From Escherichia coli (lineage in GTDB: Bacteria; Pseudomonadota; Gammaproteobacteria; Enterobacterales; Enterobacteriaceae), in the NCBI RefSeq assembly GCF_003790525.1, contig NZ_CP033635.1: 64,000 nucleotides of DNA; one strand, 5' to 3'. The stretch's first letter is position 1; each line of letters begins with the position of its first letter. This document shows positions 11,184 through 22,805 of the stretch, piece after piece. Made by a program: the position numbers and the translations under genes. Under the pieces are notes generated by a model, which saw only the letters and a list, made by a program, of their open reading frames with translations, ran no database searches and had not been told where the DNA came from.

Positions 11184-12155
11184 CCCTGCCAGCGGCGTTC
11201 GCGTAATGCGCTCCTCGCCGTTAATGACTTTTGGACCACGGACATGAACCGTGTCGCCATCAAAGGCTTCAACGACGGCGTGGTCGGTTAACTCCACATG
11301 GTTTTCAATTATCACCGCACCTGTAATACGGCTCTCACCTTGTATGACAACGTGCTCGTCGAGCAGAATCGGTCCGCCACGTACCACGGCATTTCCGCCA
11401 ATCAAGACATGATGTTTTAACACACAATTACCTTCCACAATGGCATATTCCGCCACCTGCGAACTGTAATGAATCGTCGGAATGGCATCTTCTTCTATGC
11501 CAGCTTTCACCTGCGCGTGACCGTAGACTTTAGCACAATCGCATAGCCAGACGTTGTTCTCTTCATTACCCTCAATACTGGCAAAATCAAAAACTTCGGC
11601 GCGATGTTCAATAAAAGCATACCGGACGACGGCATCGCCATAAATTTGTGCCTGGTGGACAATCCGCGAGGCGCTAACCCTCGCGCGATCATAAATTTGT
11701 AGCAGGAGTTGATGGTCGGGCGTTAAGCCTTGTGCGGCGACGATCATAGAATGTTGATCAATTAAGGCGTGACCAAATATTCTACATTGACCGCAAACTA
11801 ATGAGTCACTAATGGTGACACTGTCACTTATATATGCACCCTGGCTGATTTCACTATTATCGATCCAGACATTATCCGTTGCGTAAACCTCTCCCCACAG
11901 CACGCTGGTGCCGGTGATACGCGTATTCCCGGAAATCACCGTTCCGCCGAACGCAATAGCATTCTGGTCGTAAATCCAGCAATTTCCTTCCTGTGCTAAC
12001 ACCGTTTCGCGATCGATCCAGCCGCCAGCGGTTCCTGCTATCACATCGTTAAAATCGCTAATGGCGATAATCTGCCGTAATAACACATTTTTTTTAGTGC
12101 CATCTTCCTGATAACTAAAGGCTCGCTGTTCTTCACTTAGACGATATTTGCGCAT
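11175..12155 (-). CDS. ydcK: Hexapeptide-repeat (left-handed beta-helix) putative acyltransferase YdcK
   Basis: 326-aa ORF with repeated [IVL]G-x-x-x-x hexapeptide pattern; 3' end overlaps rimL by 9 bp. Confidence 0.85.
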   Translation of the reverse strand: MRKYRLSEEQRAFSYQEDGTKKNVLLRQIIAISDFNDVIAGTAGGWIDRETVLAQEGNCWIYDQNAIAFGGTVISGNTRITGTSVLWGEVYATDNVWIDNSEISQGAYISDSVTISDSLVCGQCRIFGHALIDQHSMIVAAQGLTPDHQLLLQIYDRARVSASRIVHQAQIYGDAVVRYAFIEHRAEVFDFASIEGNEENNVWLCDCAKVYGHAQVKAGIEEDAIPTIHYSSQVAEYAIVEGNCVLKHHVLIGGNAVVRGGPILLDEHVVIQGESRITGAVIIENHVELTDHAVVEAFDGDTVHVRGPKVINGEERITRTPLAGLL

Positions 12156-12278
12156 AGCGTTTTCCCACAGGTGACTTACTATAACCGTAGCAAATTCTGC
12201 GGCTCTGGCTATGCTCGAGAAAATTCCATAAAATGCATTTCAAATATACTTTATAAATTAAACAAAATGAGTAAGAAG

Positions 12279-13271
12279 ATGCAGAGCGATAAAGTGCTCA
12301 ATTTGCCGGCAGGCTACTTTGGTATTGTGTTGGGGACGATAGGGATGGGATTTGCCTGGCGCTATGCCAGCCAGGTTTGGCAGGTCAGCCACTGGTTGGG
12401 GGATGGGCTGGTGATTCTGGCGATGATCATCTGGGGATTATTGACTGGCGCATTTATTACCCGACTCATACGCTTTCCGCATAGCGTGCTGGCAGAAGTG
12501 CGCCATCCAGTGCTGAGCAGTTTTGTGAGTTTGTTTCCGGCAACGACGATGCTGGTGGCGATTGGTTTTGTTCCGTGGTTTCGCCCACTGGCGGTGTGCC
12601 TGTTCAGTTTTGGTGTCGTGGTTCAGTTGGCTTATGCCGCCTGGCAAACTGCGGGATTATGGCGCGGATCTCACCCTGAAGAAGCTACCACGCCTGGACT
12701 GTATCTGCCGACAGTTGCCAACAACTTTATCAGCGCAATGGCCTGTGGTGCGTTGGGCTACACCGACGCCGGTCTGGTGTTTTTAGGCGCAGGCGTTTTC
12801 TCATGGCTAAGCCTGGAACCGGTGATCTTGCAGCGTCTGCGCAGTTCGGGAGAATTACCCACGGCACTGAGGACATCACTCGGCATTCAGCTCGCTCCTG
12901 CGCTGGTGGCCTGTAGTGCCTGGCTGAGCGTCAACGGCGGCGAGGGTGACACGCTGGCGAAAATGCTTTTCGGTTATGGACTGCTGCAACTGCTGTTTAT
13001 GCTACGTCTGATGCCATGGTATCTCTCCCAGCCATTTAATGCTTCATTCTGGAGTTTCTCGTTCGGCGTATCTGCACTGGCAACCACCGGTTTGCATCTG
13101 GGGAGTGGCAGCGATAATGGATTTTTCCATACGCTGGCGGTGCCGCTGTTTATCTTTACCAATTTTATTATTGCAATACTGCTCATCCGTACTTTTGCGC
13201 TTCTGATGCAGGGAAAATTGTTAGTCAGAACCGAGCGCGCCGTTTTAATGAAAGCAGAGGACAAAGAATGA
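12279..13271 (+). CDS. tehA: Tellurite resistance / dicarboxylate-type anion transporter TehA
   Basis: ORF 12171..13271; start at [19 protein letters not shown] (330 aa), 10-TM protein. Confidence 0.92.
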   Translation: MQSDKVLNLPAGYFGIVLGTIGMGFAWRYASQVWQVSHWLGDGLVILAMIIWGLLTGAFITRLIRFPHSVLAEVRHPVLSSFVSLFPATTMLVAIGFVPWFRPLAVCLFSFGVVVQLAYAAWQTAGLWRGSHPEEATTPGLYLPTVANNFISAMACGALGYTDAGLVFLGAGVFSWLSLEPVILQRLRSSGELPTALRTSLGIQLAPALVACSAWLSVNGGEGDTLAKMLFGYGLLQLLFMLRLMPWYLSQPFNASFWSFSFGVSALATTGLHLGSGSDNGFFHTLAVPLFIFTNFIIAILLIRTFALLMQGKLLVRTERAVLMKAEDKE

Positions 13272-13861
13272 TCATTCGTGACGAAAACTATTTTACTGAT
13301 AAATATGAATTAACCCGCACACACTCTGAAGTGCTGGAAGCGGTGAAAGTGGTTAAACCGGGTAAAACGCTGGATCTGGGCTGTGGCAATGGTCGTAACA
13401 GTCTTTACCTGGCAGCCAATGGTTATGATGTTGACGCATGGGATAAAAATGCCATGAGTATCGCCAACGTCGAGCGCATTAAGTCCATTGAAAATCTGGA
13501 TAATTTACACACCCGGGTCGTTGATCTGAATAACCTCACATTTGATGGACAGTACGATTTTATTCTTTCGACTGTGGTGCTGATGTTCCTTGAGGCTAAA
13601 ACCATCCCAGGGCTGATTGCCAATATGCAACGTTGCACTAAACCTGGCGGTTACAACCTGATTGTGGCGGCGATGGATACCGCTGATTATCCATGTACCG
13701 TCGGCTTCCCGTTTGCCTTCAAAGAGGGAGAATTACGTCGATATTACGAAGGCTGGGAGAGGGTGAAATACAATGAGGACGTCGGCGAGCTGCACCGCAC
13801 CGACGCCAACGGTAATCGTATTAAACTGCGTTTCGCCACGATGCTGGCACGTAAAAAATGA
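13268..13861 (+). CDS. tehB: Tellurite methyltransferase TehB (SAM-dependent)
   Basis: 197-aa ORF with SAM motif [15 protein letters not shown]; start overlaps the tehA stop (ATGA). Confidence 0.93.
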   Translation: MIIRDENYFTDKYELTRTHSEVLEAVKVVKPGKTLDLGCGNGRNSLYLAANGYDVDAWDKNAMSIANVERIKSIENLDNLHTRVVDLNNLTFDGQYDFILSTVVLMFLEAKTIPGLIANMQRCTKPGGYNLIVAAMDTADYPCTVGFPFAFKEGELRRYYEGWERVKYNEDVGELHRTDANGNRIKLRFATMLARKK

Positions 13862-14163
13862 TCCGGTAAGAACAAAGCGCGTGAAAATTCCCCACGCTGA
13901 GATGGTTTACTGTTCTTCTTTTCGGTAAGCATATTTTTAATCAAAAGGATGTGAAATTAATCACAGTAGTCGAAGTTTTTCATCAGATTAACGCACTGAT
14001 ATTTAACTACTGATGATTGACTTAGCCCCTTTTTCGGCATTGACTATGTCGTCTGTAAAGGGGCTGAAAAATTTATTTTCACCAACACTTTTTTTGCCAC
14101 AACACGAAGCGGCGCTTTTTGCTATAACTTAAAAAGTAATATAATCATCTCAGGAAACTATTC

Positions 14164-14832
14164 ATGCGTACCACATCATTTGCGAAAGTTGCAGCTTTAT
14201 GCGGCTTGTTGGCTCTGTCTGGTTGTGCCTCTAAAATCACCCAGCCAGATAAATATTCTGGTTTTTTAAACAATTACTCTGATTTAAAAGAAACAACCTC
14301 AGCAACAGGTAAACCTGTTTTACGTTGGGTAGACCCGAGTTTTGATCAAAGCAAATATGACAGCATCGTCTGGAACCCAATCACTTATTATCCGGTACCA
14401 AAACCTTCTACCCAGGTAGGGCAGAAAGTTCTGGATAAAATTTTGAACTATACCAACACCGAAATGAAAGAAGCGATAGCGCAGCGTAAACCACTGGTTA
14501 CCACCGCTGGGCCGCGTAGTCTGATTTTCCGTGGGGCCATTACCGGTGTAGATACCAGCAAAGAAGGGCTGCAATTCTATGAAGTGGTTCCTGTTGCATT
14601 AGTGGTTGCGGGGACGCAAATGGCTACAGGCCACCGTACCATGGATACTCGCTTGTATTTTGAAGGTGAGCTGATTGATGCAGCGACTAATAAACCGGTT
14701 ATCAAAGTCGTTCGTCAGGGCGAAGGTAAAGACCTGAATAACGAAAGTACGCCAATGGCTTTCGAAAATATTAAACAAGTTATTGATGACATGGCGACCG
14801 ATGCCACCATGTTTGACGTTAACAAAAAGTAG
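14164..14832 (+). CDS. ydcL: Lipoprotein YdcL (DUF3313)
   Basis: 222-aa ORF with lipoprotein signal peptide (LLALSGC lipobox). Confidence 0.88.
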   Translation: MRTTSFAKVAALCGLLALSGCASKITQPDKYSGFLNNYSDLKETTSATGKPVLRWVDPSFDQSKYDSIVWNPITYYPVPKPSTQVGQKVLDKILNYTNTEMKEAIAQRKPLVTTAGPRSLIFRGAITGVDTSKEGLQFYEVVPVALVVAGTQMATGHRTMDTRLYFEGELIDAATNKPVIKVVRQGEGKDLNNESTPMAFENIKQVIDDMATDATMFDVNKK

Positions 14833-14840
14833 TTCCAGAC

Positions 14841-14866
14841 GCGCCATCGTTAGATGGCGCTTTTTA
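14841..14866. terminator. Bidirectional terminator between ydcL and the ydcO 3' end (gcgccatc-gtta-gatggcgc + T5)
   Basis: 8-bp perfect stem plus T-run 9 bp after the ydcL stop. Confidence 0.7.
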
Positions 14867-15168
14867 TTATCGGTTTCTGTCAGCGATTAAATTCAACACC
14901 ACGTAACAAACGCCTCCGGCAATTAATCCCCAAAACGCAGAACCAATCCCGACCAGCGTCAATCCACTTGCCGTTACCAGAAATGCCACCACCGCCGCGT
15001 CGCGCTCACGCTCATTATGCAGCGCCTGATACAAACTGCCGCCAATGGTACTCAACAGCGCCAGACCTGCCAGCATCTGGATCCAACTTACGGGCAGGGT
15101 AGTCATCATCCCGGTAATGGCACTACCAAACAGACCTGCGAGCAAATAGAAAATGCCTGCAACGGCAG
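14867..15168 (-). pseudogene. ydcO: ydcO (BenE-family benzoate transporter) C-terminal fragment, separated from the rest of the gene by IS4
   Basis: Minus-strand frame ...LIGITAVAGIFYLLAGLFGSAITGMMTTLPVSWIQMLAGLALL...NLIADRNR* is open up to the IS4 left end; hydrophobic transporter C-terminus. Confidence 0.8.
15157..15168. repeat. IS4 target-site duplication, left copy (CTGCAACGGCAG)
   Basis: Identical 12-mer directly abuts both IS4 termini (second copy 16594..16605). Confidence 0.85.
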
Positions 15169-16593
15169 TAATGCCGATCAGTTAAGGATCAGTTGACCGA
15201 TCCAGTGGCTGTGTAAGAATCCGGAAACGCTCACTTGTTTCCGGATTTTTTATGCACATTGGACAGGCTCTTGATCTGGTATCCCGTTACGATTCTCTGC
15301 GTAACCCACTGACTTCTCTGGGGGATTACCTCGACCCCGAACTCATCTCTCGTTGCCTTGCCGAATCAGGTACTGTAACGCTACGCAAGCGCCGTCTTCC
15401 CCTCGAAATGATGGTCTGGTGTATTGTTGGCATGGCGCTTGAGCGTAAAGAACCTCTTCACCAGATTGTGAATCGCCTGGACATCATGCTGCCGGGCAAT
15501 CGCCCCTTCGTTGCCCCCAGTGCCGTTATTCAGGCCCGCCAGCGCCTGGGAAGTGAGGCTGTCCGCCGCGTGTTCACGAAAACAGCGCAGCTCTGGCATA
15601 ACGCCACGCCGCATCCGCACTGGTGCGGCCTGACCCTGCTGGCCATCGATGGTGTGTTCTGGCGCACACCGGATACACCAGAGAACGATGCAGCCTTCCC
15701 CCGCCAGACACATGCCGGGAACCCGGCGCTCTACCCGCAGGTCAAAATGGTCTGCCAGATGGAACTGACCAGCCATCTGCTGACGGCTGCAGCCTTCGGC
15801 ACGATGAAGAACAGCGAAAATGAGCTTGCTGAGCAACTTATAGAACAAACCGGCGATAACACTCTGACGTTAATGGATAAAGGTTATTACTCACTGGGAC
15901 TGTTAAATGCCTGGAGCCTGGCGGGAGAACACCGCCACTGGATGATACCTCTCAGAAAGGGAGCGCAATATGAAGAGATCAGAAAACTGGGTAAAGGCGA
16001 TCATCTGGTGAAGCTGAAAACCAGCCCGCAGGCACGAAAAAAGTGGCCGGGACTGGGAAATGAAGTGACAGCCCGCCTGCTGACCGTGACGCGCAAAGGA
16101 AAAGTCTGCCATCTGCTGACGTCGATGACGGACGCCATGCGCTTCCCCGGAGGAGAAATGGCGGATCTGTACAGTCATCGCTGGGAAATCGAACTGGGAT
16201 ACAGGGAGATAAAACAGACGATGCAACTGAGCAGGCTGACGCTGAGAAGTAAAAAACCGGAGCTTGTGGAGCAAGAGCTGTGGGGTGTCTTACTGGCTTA
16301 TAATCTGGTGAGATATCAGATGATTAAAATGGCAGAACATCTGAAAGGTTACTGGCCGAATCAACTGAGTTTCTCAGAATCATGTGGAATGGTGATGAGA
16401 ATGCTGATGACATTGCAGGGCGCTTCACCGGGACGTATACCGGAGCTGATGCGCGATCTTGCAAGTATGGGACAACTTGTGAAATTACCGACAAGAAGGG
16501 AAAGGGCCTTCCCGAGAGTGGTAAAGGAGAGGCCCTGGAAATACCCCACAGCCCCGAAAAAGAGCCAGTCAGTTGCTTAACTGACTGGCATTA
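15169..16593 (+). mobile_element. IS4 insertion sequence (1425 bp) with 18-bp imperfect terminal inverted repeats
   Basis: Left end TAATGCCGATCAGTTAAG, right end CTTAACTGACTGGCATTA; encodes a 442-aa IS4-family transposase; flanked by 12-bp direct repeats. Confidence 0.9.
15252..16580 (+). CDS. insG: IS4 transposase (DDE; Y-x2-R-x3-E-x6-K signature [16 protein letters not shown])
   Basis: 442-aa ORF beginning [28 protein letters not shown], which I recognise as IS4 InsG. Confidence 0.9.
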   Translation: MHIGQALDLVSRYDSLRNPLTSLGDYLDPELISRCLAESGTVTLRKRRLPLEMMVWCIVGMALERKEPLHQIVNRLDIMLPGNRPFVAPSAVIQARQRLGSEAVRRVFTKTAQLWHNATPHPHWCGLTLLAIDGVFWRTPDTPENDAAFPRQTHAGNPALYPQVKMVCQMELTSHLLTAAAFGTMKNSENELAEQLIEQTGDNTLTLMDKGYYSLGLLNAWSLAGEHRHWMIPLRKGAQYEEIRKLGKGDHLVKLKTSPQARKKWPGLGNEVTARLLTVTRKGKVCHLLTSMTDAMRFPGGEMADLYSHRWEIELGYREIKQTMQLSRLTLRSKKPELVEQELWGVLLAYNLVRYQMIKMAEHLKGYWPNQLSFSESCGMVMRMLMTLQGASPGRIPELMRDLASMGQLVKLPTRRERAFPRVVKERPWKYPTAPKKSQSVA

Positions 16594-16605
16594 CTGCAAC
16601 GGCAG
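16594..16605. repeat. IS4 target-site duplication, right copy (CTGCAACGGCAG)
   Basis: Identical to 15157..15168. Confidence 0.85.
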
Positions 16606-17476
16606 CGGCCAGCCAACGTTGATCTTTATCCGGATGCGCTTCCGGGCTTTGGCAAATAGCCGCGGTGATTGCCGCAATACCGACGGAATAAACGCCGAAA
16701 GGGGAAAAAACCAGTGCCAGCAATCCAGTAAATACAATTAATGGCGAAACAGGAGCCGAATATCCGGCTGCTTTCATTGCTGCGATACCCGGTGCGTTTT
16801 GCGATGCCATCGTCACCAGAAAAAGGGGGAGTGCAACGCTCAGGCTGTGAGCAAACGAAAAATCAGGGCTAATATAAGTGGGGAGAACGGGTTTAAAGAC
16901 AACATCAGTTGTGACAATGTCACCTTGCGCGATAACGATCACGACCCCAATAATCATCGCGGCAATTACCGCATAGCGCGGCGCAACGGCCCTGGTTGCC
17001 AGCCATACCAGCAACATACTGCCACACAACGTAAATTGACCATCCAGGCTCGCAAACGCCTGTAAACCAAAGCGTAATAAAATCCCGGCAAGCATTGCCG
17101 CCGCAAGCGAGTGCGGAATAATGCGCATCAGATGAGCAAAGAGTCCCGTTATGCCGCAGAGGACTATTAACGCGTTGGTGACAATAAAAACGCCGATGGT
17201 TTCGTTAAGTGTTAGTCCCTGCAATCCGGTGACCAACAAAGCCGCGCCAGGCGTTGACCATGCGGTGAGAACAGGTACGCGATACCATAATGTCAGAGCC
17301 AGCGTACTGACGCCCATTGCCAGCCCCAGCGCCGTCATCCAGCCAGAGATTTGTGCAGTGGTGGCTCCGGCGACAATCGCTGCTTGCCAGATTATTGCCG
17401 CTGAACTGGCGTAGCCAATTAATACCGCCAGAAACCCCGCCAGTAGCGTGGGTGGAGGAATAGAAAACAGACGCAT
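16594..17476 (-). pseudogene. ydcO: ydcO (BenE-family transporter) N-terminal portion, truncated by IS4
   Basis: Start MRLFSIPPPTLLAGFLAVLIGYASS with GAGG RBS; the frame runs into the IS4 right end and stops inside it; joining with 14867..15168 after removing one 12-bp repeat restores a ~391-codon gene. Confidence 0.8.
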
Positions 17477-17567
17477 AGTCACCTCGTGCGTTATAGCGTA
17501 CAGGCACCGTAGCATTTGTCCGTTATAACGCACAAGTGATAAACTTCCGTTTTGCCGGAGGAGTCGC

Positions 17568-18104
17568 ATGGAAAATCTCGCTCGCTTTTTATCCACCACA
17601 CTTAAACAACTACGCCAGCAGCGCGGCTGGAGTCTTTCGCGACTGGCCGAAGCGACGGGCGTTTCTAAAGCAATGTTAGGGCAGATTGAGCGTAATGAAT
17701 CCAGCCCGACGGTCGCGACATTATGGAAAATTGCCACCGGGTTGAACGTACCATTTTCAACATTTATTTCTCCGCCGCAGTCCGCTACACCTTCAGTTTA
17801 TGATCCACAACAGCAGGCGATGGTGATCACTTCGCTGTTTCCTTATGATCCACAACTCTGCTTTGAACACTTCTCGATTCAGATGGCATCTGGTGCAATA
17901 AGCGAATCGACGCCCCATGAGAAGGGGGTAATCGAACATGTCGTCGTCATTGATGGACAACTTGATCTGTGCGTTGATGGTGAATGGCAGAGCCTTAATT
18001 GTGGGGAAGGCGTTCGATTTGCTGCAGACGTCACGCATATCTATCGTAATGGTGGGGAGCAAACCGTACATTTTCATTCCCTCATCCATTACCCGCGCAG
18101 TTAA
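17568..18104 (+). CDS. sutR: HTH-XRE plus cupin-domain transcriptional regulator
   Basis: 178-aa ORF with N-terminal XRE helix-turn-helix (LGQIERNESSPTVATLWKIATGL). Confidence 0.88.
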   Translation: MENLARFLSTTLKQLRQQRGWSLSRLAEATGVSKAMLGQIERNESSPTVATLWKIATGLNVPFSTFISPPQSATPSVYDPQQQAMVITSLFPYDPQLCFEHFSIQMASGAISESTPHEKGVIEHVVVIDGQLDLCVDGEWQSLNCGEGVRFAADVTHIYRNGGEQTVHFHSLIHYPRS

Positions 18105-18176
18105 GCGGGAAAACTATTTCGCAACGTCGCGCTTGTGGCTAAAATAGCAGCCATTTTTCAGCTACTGGATAAGAAT

Positions 18177-20138
18177 GTGACCGTATCTTCTCATCGACTT
18201 GAACTGTTAAGCCCGGCACGCGATGCCGCCATTGCCCGCGAAGCTATTTTGCACGGTGCCGATGCTGTTTATATCGGCGGACCTGGTTTTGGTGCCCGTC
18301 ATAATGCCAGTAATAGCCTGAAAGATATTGCCGAGTTGGTGCCGTTTGCCCATCGTTATGGTGCAAAAATTTTCGTCACGCTTAACACCATTTTGCATGA
18401 TGATGAGCTGGAACCCGCACAACGGCTGATTACCGACCTCTATCAGACCGGCGTCGATGCGCTGATTGTTCAGGATATGGGGATTCTGGAACTTGATATT
18501 CCGCCGATTGAACTGCACGCCAGTACGCAGTGCGACATTCGTACAGTAGAAAAAGCGAAGTTCCTCTCTGATGTTGGCTTCACGCAGATTGTGCTGGCGC
18601 GAGAGCTGAATCTTGAGCAGATCCGCGCGATTCACCAGGCCACGGACGCGACCATTGAATTCTTTATTCATGGCGCACTGTGCGTGGCCTATTCGGGTCA
18701 GTGCTACATTTCTCATGCGCAAACAGGGCGTAGCGCCAACCGTGGCGATTGCTCGCAGGCGTGCCGTTTGCCATACACATTGAAAGACGATCAGGGGCGG
18801 GTGGTTTCCTATGAAAAACATCTGCTGTCGATGAAAGATAACGATCAGACTGCCAACCTCGGCGCGCTGATTGATGCTGGCGTACGCTCCTTCAAGATTG
18901 AAGGGCGTTACAAAGATATGAGCTACGTGAAGAATATCACCGCCCATTATCGTCAGATGCTGGATGCCATTATTGAAGAACGTGGCGATCTAGCGCGCGC
19001 TTCATCAGGTCGTACTGAACATTTCTTTGTTCCATCGACGGAAAAGACTTTCCACCGTGGTAGCACAGATTATTTTGTGAATGCCCGTAAAGGCGATATT
19101 GGCGCGTTCGATTCGCCGAAATTTATCGGCCTGCCGGTGGGTGAAGTATTGAAAGTGGCGAAAGATCATCTCGATGTTGCCGTTTCCGAACCACTGGCAA
19201 ATGGCGATGGCCTGAACGTGATGATTAAACGTGAAGTCGTCGGTTTTCGTGCCAATACGGTAGAGAAAACCGGAGAAAATCAGTACCGCGTCTGGCCCAA
19301 TGAAATGCCAGCAGAGTTGCACAAAATTCGCCCGCATCACCCACTAAACCGTAATCTTGATCATGACTGGCAGCAGGCACTGACAAAAACCTCTAGCGAA
19401 CGTCGGGTGGCGGTAGACATTGAACTGGGCGGCTGGCAGGAACAACTGATTCTGACCCTCACCAGTGAAGAGGGTGTCAGCATCACGCATACGCTGGACG
19501 GGCAGTTCGACGAAGCCAATAACGCCGAAAAAGCAATGAACAATCTAAAGGATGGTCTGGCAAAACTGGGGCAAACCATCTATTACGCCCGCGATGTGCA
19601 AATTAATTTGCCGGGTGCGCTGTTTGTACCAAACAGTCTGCTAAACCAGTTCCGCCGTGAAGCCGCCGATATGCTTGATGCTGCGCGTCTTGCCAGTTAC
19701 CAGCGCGGCAGCCGTAAACCGGTTGCTGATCCTGCGCCGGTTTATCCGCAAACGCATCTGAGTTTCCTCGCGAACGTATACAACCAGAAAGCGCGTGAAT
19801 TTTATCATCGCTATGGTGTGCAACTGATTGACGCGGCGTATGAGGCACATGAAGAGAAGGGCGAAGTCCCGGTGATGATCACCAAGCATTGTCTGCGCTT
19901 TGCCTTCAATCTGTGCCCGAAACAGGCGAAAGGCAATATCAAAAGCTGGAAGGCAACGCCAATGCAACTGGTTAACGGTGATGAAGTGTTAACGCTGAAA
20001 TTTGATTGCCGCCCATGCGAGATGCACGTCATTGGCAAAATCAAAAATCACATACTGAAAATGCCGTTACCGGGAAGCGTAGTGGCATCCGTAAGTCCGG
20101 ATGATCTGCTGAAAACATTGCCGAAGCGAAAAGGGTAA
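18177..20138 (+). CDS. ydcP: Peptidase U32-family protein YdcP
   Basis: ORF 18135..20138; probable GTG start at 18177 (653 aa); U32 collagenase-like family. Confidence 0.85.
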   Translation: MTVSSHRLELLSPARDAAIAREAILHGADAVYIGGPGFGARHNASNSLKDIAELVPFAHRYGAKIFVTLNTILHDDELEPAQRLITDLYQTGVDALIVQDMGILELDIPPIELHASTQCDIRTVEKAKFLSDVGFTQIVLARELNLEQIRAIHQATDATIEFFIHGALCVAYSGQCYISHAQTGRSANRGDCSQACRLPYTLKDDQGRVVSYEKHLLSMKDNDQTANLGALIDAGVRSFKIEGRYKDMSYVKNITAHYRQMLDAIIEERGDLARASSGRTEHFFVPSTEKTFHRGSTDYFVNARKGDIGAFDSPKFIGLPVGEVLKVAKDHLDVAVSEPLANGDGLNVMIKREVVGFRANTVEKTGENQYRVWPNEMPAELHKIRPHHPLNRNLDHDWQQALTKTSSERRVAVDIELGGWQEQLILTLTSEEGVSITHTLDGQFDEANNAEKAMNNLKDGLAKLGQTIYYARDVQINLPGALFVPNSLLNQFRREAADMLDAARLASYQRGSRKPVADPAPVYPQTHLSFLANVYNQKAREFYHRYGVQLIDAAYEAHEEKGEVPVMITKHCLRFAFNLCPKQAKGNIKSWKATPMQLVNGDEVLTLKFDCRPCEMHVIGKIKNHILKMPLPGSVVASVSPDDLLKTLPKRKG

Positions 20139-20186
20139 AACGTCAGTTTTCGGGTTACTCACCACTCATCAAATCTGCATGATATT

Positions 20187-20222
20187 GCCTGGCGGGTAAG
20201 GCGTCATGCCGCATCCGGCAAC
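20187..20222. repeat. REP (repetitive extragenic palindromic) element
   Basis: GCCTGGCGGGTAAGGCGTCATGCCGCATCCGGCA, REP-like palindrome between convergent ydcP and yncJ. Confidence 0.6.
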
Positions 20223-20229
20223 AAATGAC

Positions 20230-20460
20230 TCAACGCTGTCCCGCTTCTGGTTTGCGCGATTTTTGCCAGTAAAAATGCTCGCGCAAACCTTCCGCCGACT
20301 CTTCCGCCACAGCACGCAATTCATCGCTGTCCGCTTCATGACGCAGCTGATGATCCACATTCTTTACCCACATAAATTCATGTCCTTTGTGCCCTGCCAT
20401 GAGTTGTCCTGAGAACAGTGCACACGTTAATAAGACAACCGATAACGCCTTCGAAAACAT
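20230..20460 (-). CDS. yncJ: Small exported protein YncJ (DUF2554)
   Basis: 76-aa ORF with signal peptide MFSKALSVVLLTCALFSGQLMA. Confidence 0.85.
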   Translation of the reverse strand: MFSKALSVVLLTCALFSGQLMAGHKGHEFMWVKNVDHQLRHEADSDELRAVAEESAEGLREHFYWQKSRKPEAGQR

Positions 20461-20681
20461 CCCGCCACCTTTTTCTAACCTTTTGCCGCTATGATGCCAA
20501 TCGTTTCTTGAGGTTATTATTCAGTTTTGCAAATTAGCGCAAAGAAATTCTGGAATCTTCCTTCCTGATTTTGCATTGCATTCTGCCGTTGCGGCGATTT
20601 AGTGCTATTTTCGAGCAAATTACACACGGAGGTAAACACTAATGTTTACTTTGTTGATATACTCAGCGGCAGGGAGGCGAT

Positions 20682-20858
20682 GTGAAACAAAGCGAGTTCA
20701 GACGTTGGCTCGAATCTCAGGGCGTCGATGTAGCGAATGGCAGCAACCATTTAAAACTGAGGTTTCATGGGAGGCGCAGTGTCATGCCGCGTCACCCCTG
20801 CGATGAGATTAAAGAACCATTGCGTAAAGCAATCCTGAAACAACTCGGTTTGAGTTAA
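20682..20858 (+). CDS. hicA: Type II toxin HicA (mRNA interferase), GTG start
   Basis: 58-codon frame MKQSEFRRWLESQGVDVANGSNHLKLRFHGRRSVMPRHPCDEIKEPLRKAILKQLGLS; below ORF-track cutoff; immediately upstream of hicB. Confidence 0.88.
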   Translation: MKQSEFRRWLESQGVDVANGSNHLKLRFHGRRSVMPRHPCDEIKEPLRKAILKQLGLS

Positions 20859-20882
20859 TCGCCAATTAAAAAGGTTAATGAC

Positions 20883-21320
<438 letters not shown>

Positions 21321-21398
21321 TAACAGTTAATGAAAAGTTGTCATTTTTAACAACTGATATAGACTGCCGAATCACCTGCACATAATAACGATTCGATA

Positions 21399-22805
21399 AT
21401 GAAAAAATACCAGCAGCTTGCAGAACAATTACGCGAGCAGATTGCGTCGGGTATCTGGCAACCCGGAGATCGTTTGCCTTCGTTGCGTGACCAGGTGGCA
21501 CTTTCTGGCATGAGCTTTATGACCGTGAGCCATGCCTATCAGTTGCTCGAAAGTCAGGGATATATTATCGCACGACCGCAGTCGGGTTATTACGTTGCGC
21601 CACAGGCAATAAAAATGCCGAAAGCGCCAGTCATTCCAGTCACTCGAGATGAAGCAGTCGATATCAACACTTATATTTTTGATATGTTGCAGGCCAGTCG
21701 CGATCCGTCGGTCGTTCCGTTTGCCTCGGCCTTTCCCGACCCGCGACTTTTCCCCCTCCAACAACTAAACCGCTCGCTGGCGCAGGTAAGCAAAACCGCC
21801 ACAGCGATGAGCGTGATTGAAAACTTACCGCCAGGAAACGCAGAACTGCGTCAGGCTATTGCTCGTCGCTATGCCTTACAGGGCATCACTATTTCTCCAG
21901 ATGAAATTGCCATTACCGCCGGGGCGTTAGAGGCATTAAACCTCAGTTTGCAAGTGGTAACTGAACCGGGCGATTGGGTGATAGTAGAGAATCCTTGTTT
22001 CTACGGCGCTTTGCAGGCGCTGGAGCGGTTACGGCTGAAGGCGTTATCGGTGGCGACGGACGTTAAAGAAGGGATCGATCTTCAGGCGCTGGAACTGGCG
22101 TTGCAGGAGTATCCGGTGAAAGCGTGCTGGCTGATGACTAATAGCCAGAATCCACTCGGATTTACCTTAACACCGCAAAAAAAAGCACAACTGGTGGCGT
22201 TGCTCAATCAGTACAACGTAACGCTGATTGAAGATGACGTTTACAGCGAACTTTATTTTGGACGGGAAAAACCGCTGCCTGCGAAAGCGTGGGATCACCA
22301 CGATGGTGTTTTGCATTGCTCTTCGTTTTCGAAATGTCTGGTGCCTGGTTTTCGTATTGGTTGGGTCGCCGCCGGAAAACATGCACGTAAAATTCAACGC
22401 TTGCAGTTGATGAGTACGCTTTCCACCAGCTCACCGATGCAGCTTGCGCTGGTGGATTACCTTTCTACTCGCCGATACGATGCTCATCTTCGTCGTCTGC
22501 GTCGCCAGCTTGCGGAACGTAAACAACGCGCCTGGCAGGCTTTGCTGCGTTATCTGCCTGCGGAAGTCAAAATTCATCACAATGACAGCGGTTATTTTCT
22601 CTGGCTGGAGCTCCCCGAGCCGTTAGATGCAGGAGAATTAAGCCTGGTGGCACTGACGCATCATATCAGTATTGCGCCGGGTAAAATGTTTTCTACCGGT
22701 GAAAACTGGTCACGTTTTTTTCGTTTTAATACCGCGTGGCAGTGGGGAGAACGTGAAGAACAGGCGGTAAAACAATTAGGCAAACTTATTCAAGAACGGC
22801 TGTAA
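21399..22805 (+). CDS. ydcR: MocR/GntR-family regulator with aminotransferase (PLP) domain
   Basis: 468-aa ORF: N-terminal GntR HTH (LPSLRDQVALSGMSFMTV) plus class I aminotransferase-like domain. Confidence 0.88.
   Translation: MKKYQQLAEQLREQIASGIWQPGDRLPSLRDQVALSGMSFMTVSHAYQLLESQGYIIARPQSGYYVAPQAIKMPKAPVIPVTRDEAVDINTYIFDMLQASRDPSVVPFASAFPDPRLFPLQQLNRSLAQVSKTATAMSVIENLPPGNAELRQAIARRYALQGITISPDEIAITAGALEALNLSLQVVTEPGDWVIVENPCFYGALQALERLRLKALSVATDVKEGIDLQALELALQEYPVKACWLMTNSQNPLGFTLTPQKKAQLVALLNQYNVTLIEDDVYSELYFGREKPLPAKAWDHHDGVLHCSSFSKCLVPGFRIGWVAAGKHARKIQRLQLMSTLSTSSPMQLALVDYLSTRRYDAHLRRLRRQLAERKQRAWQALLRYLPAEVKIHHNDSGYFLWLELPEPLDAGELSLVALTHHISIAPGKMFSTGENWSRFFRFNTAWQWGEREEQAVKQLGKLIQERL

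Noticed and set aside
12171-12278. Upstream extensions of tehA, and similarly ydcI, mnaT, curA, ansP, narZ, narU, fdnI and pptA, in the ORF track
   Set aside because: The ORF finder takes the most upstream start (including GTG/TTG); internal starts match known protein N-termini and have better RBS spacing.
13862-14163. Inverted repeat agccccttt...aaaggggct in the tehB-ydcL spacer as a possible sRNA or riboswitch
   Set aside because: The loop is about 22 nt with no U-tract and no recognisable sRNA sequence; most likely part of the ydcL promoter/leader. Not enough evidence to call a feature.
15381-15848. 155-aa ORF antisense within the IS4 transposase gene
   Set aside because: Embedded in the transposase coding region on the opposite strand with no independent start signals.
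16382-16741. 119-aa plus-strand ORF spanning the IS4 right end into ydcO
   Set aside because: It crosses the IS4 inverted repeat and target duplication and is antisense to ydcO; a frame artifact created by the insertion.
17477-17737. 88-codon N-terminal extension of the ydcO ORF in the track
   Set aside because: The extension is hydrophilic and has no RBS, whereas the internal ATG at 17476 has a GAGG RBS and begins the first TM helix of the transporter.
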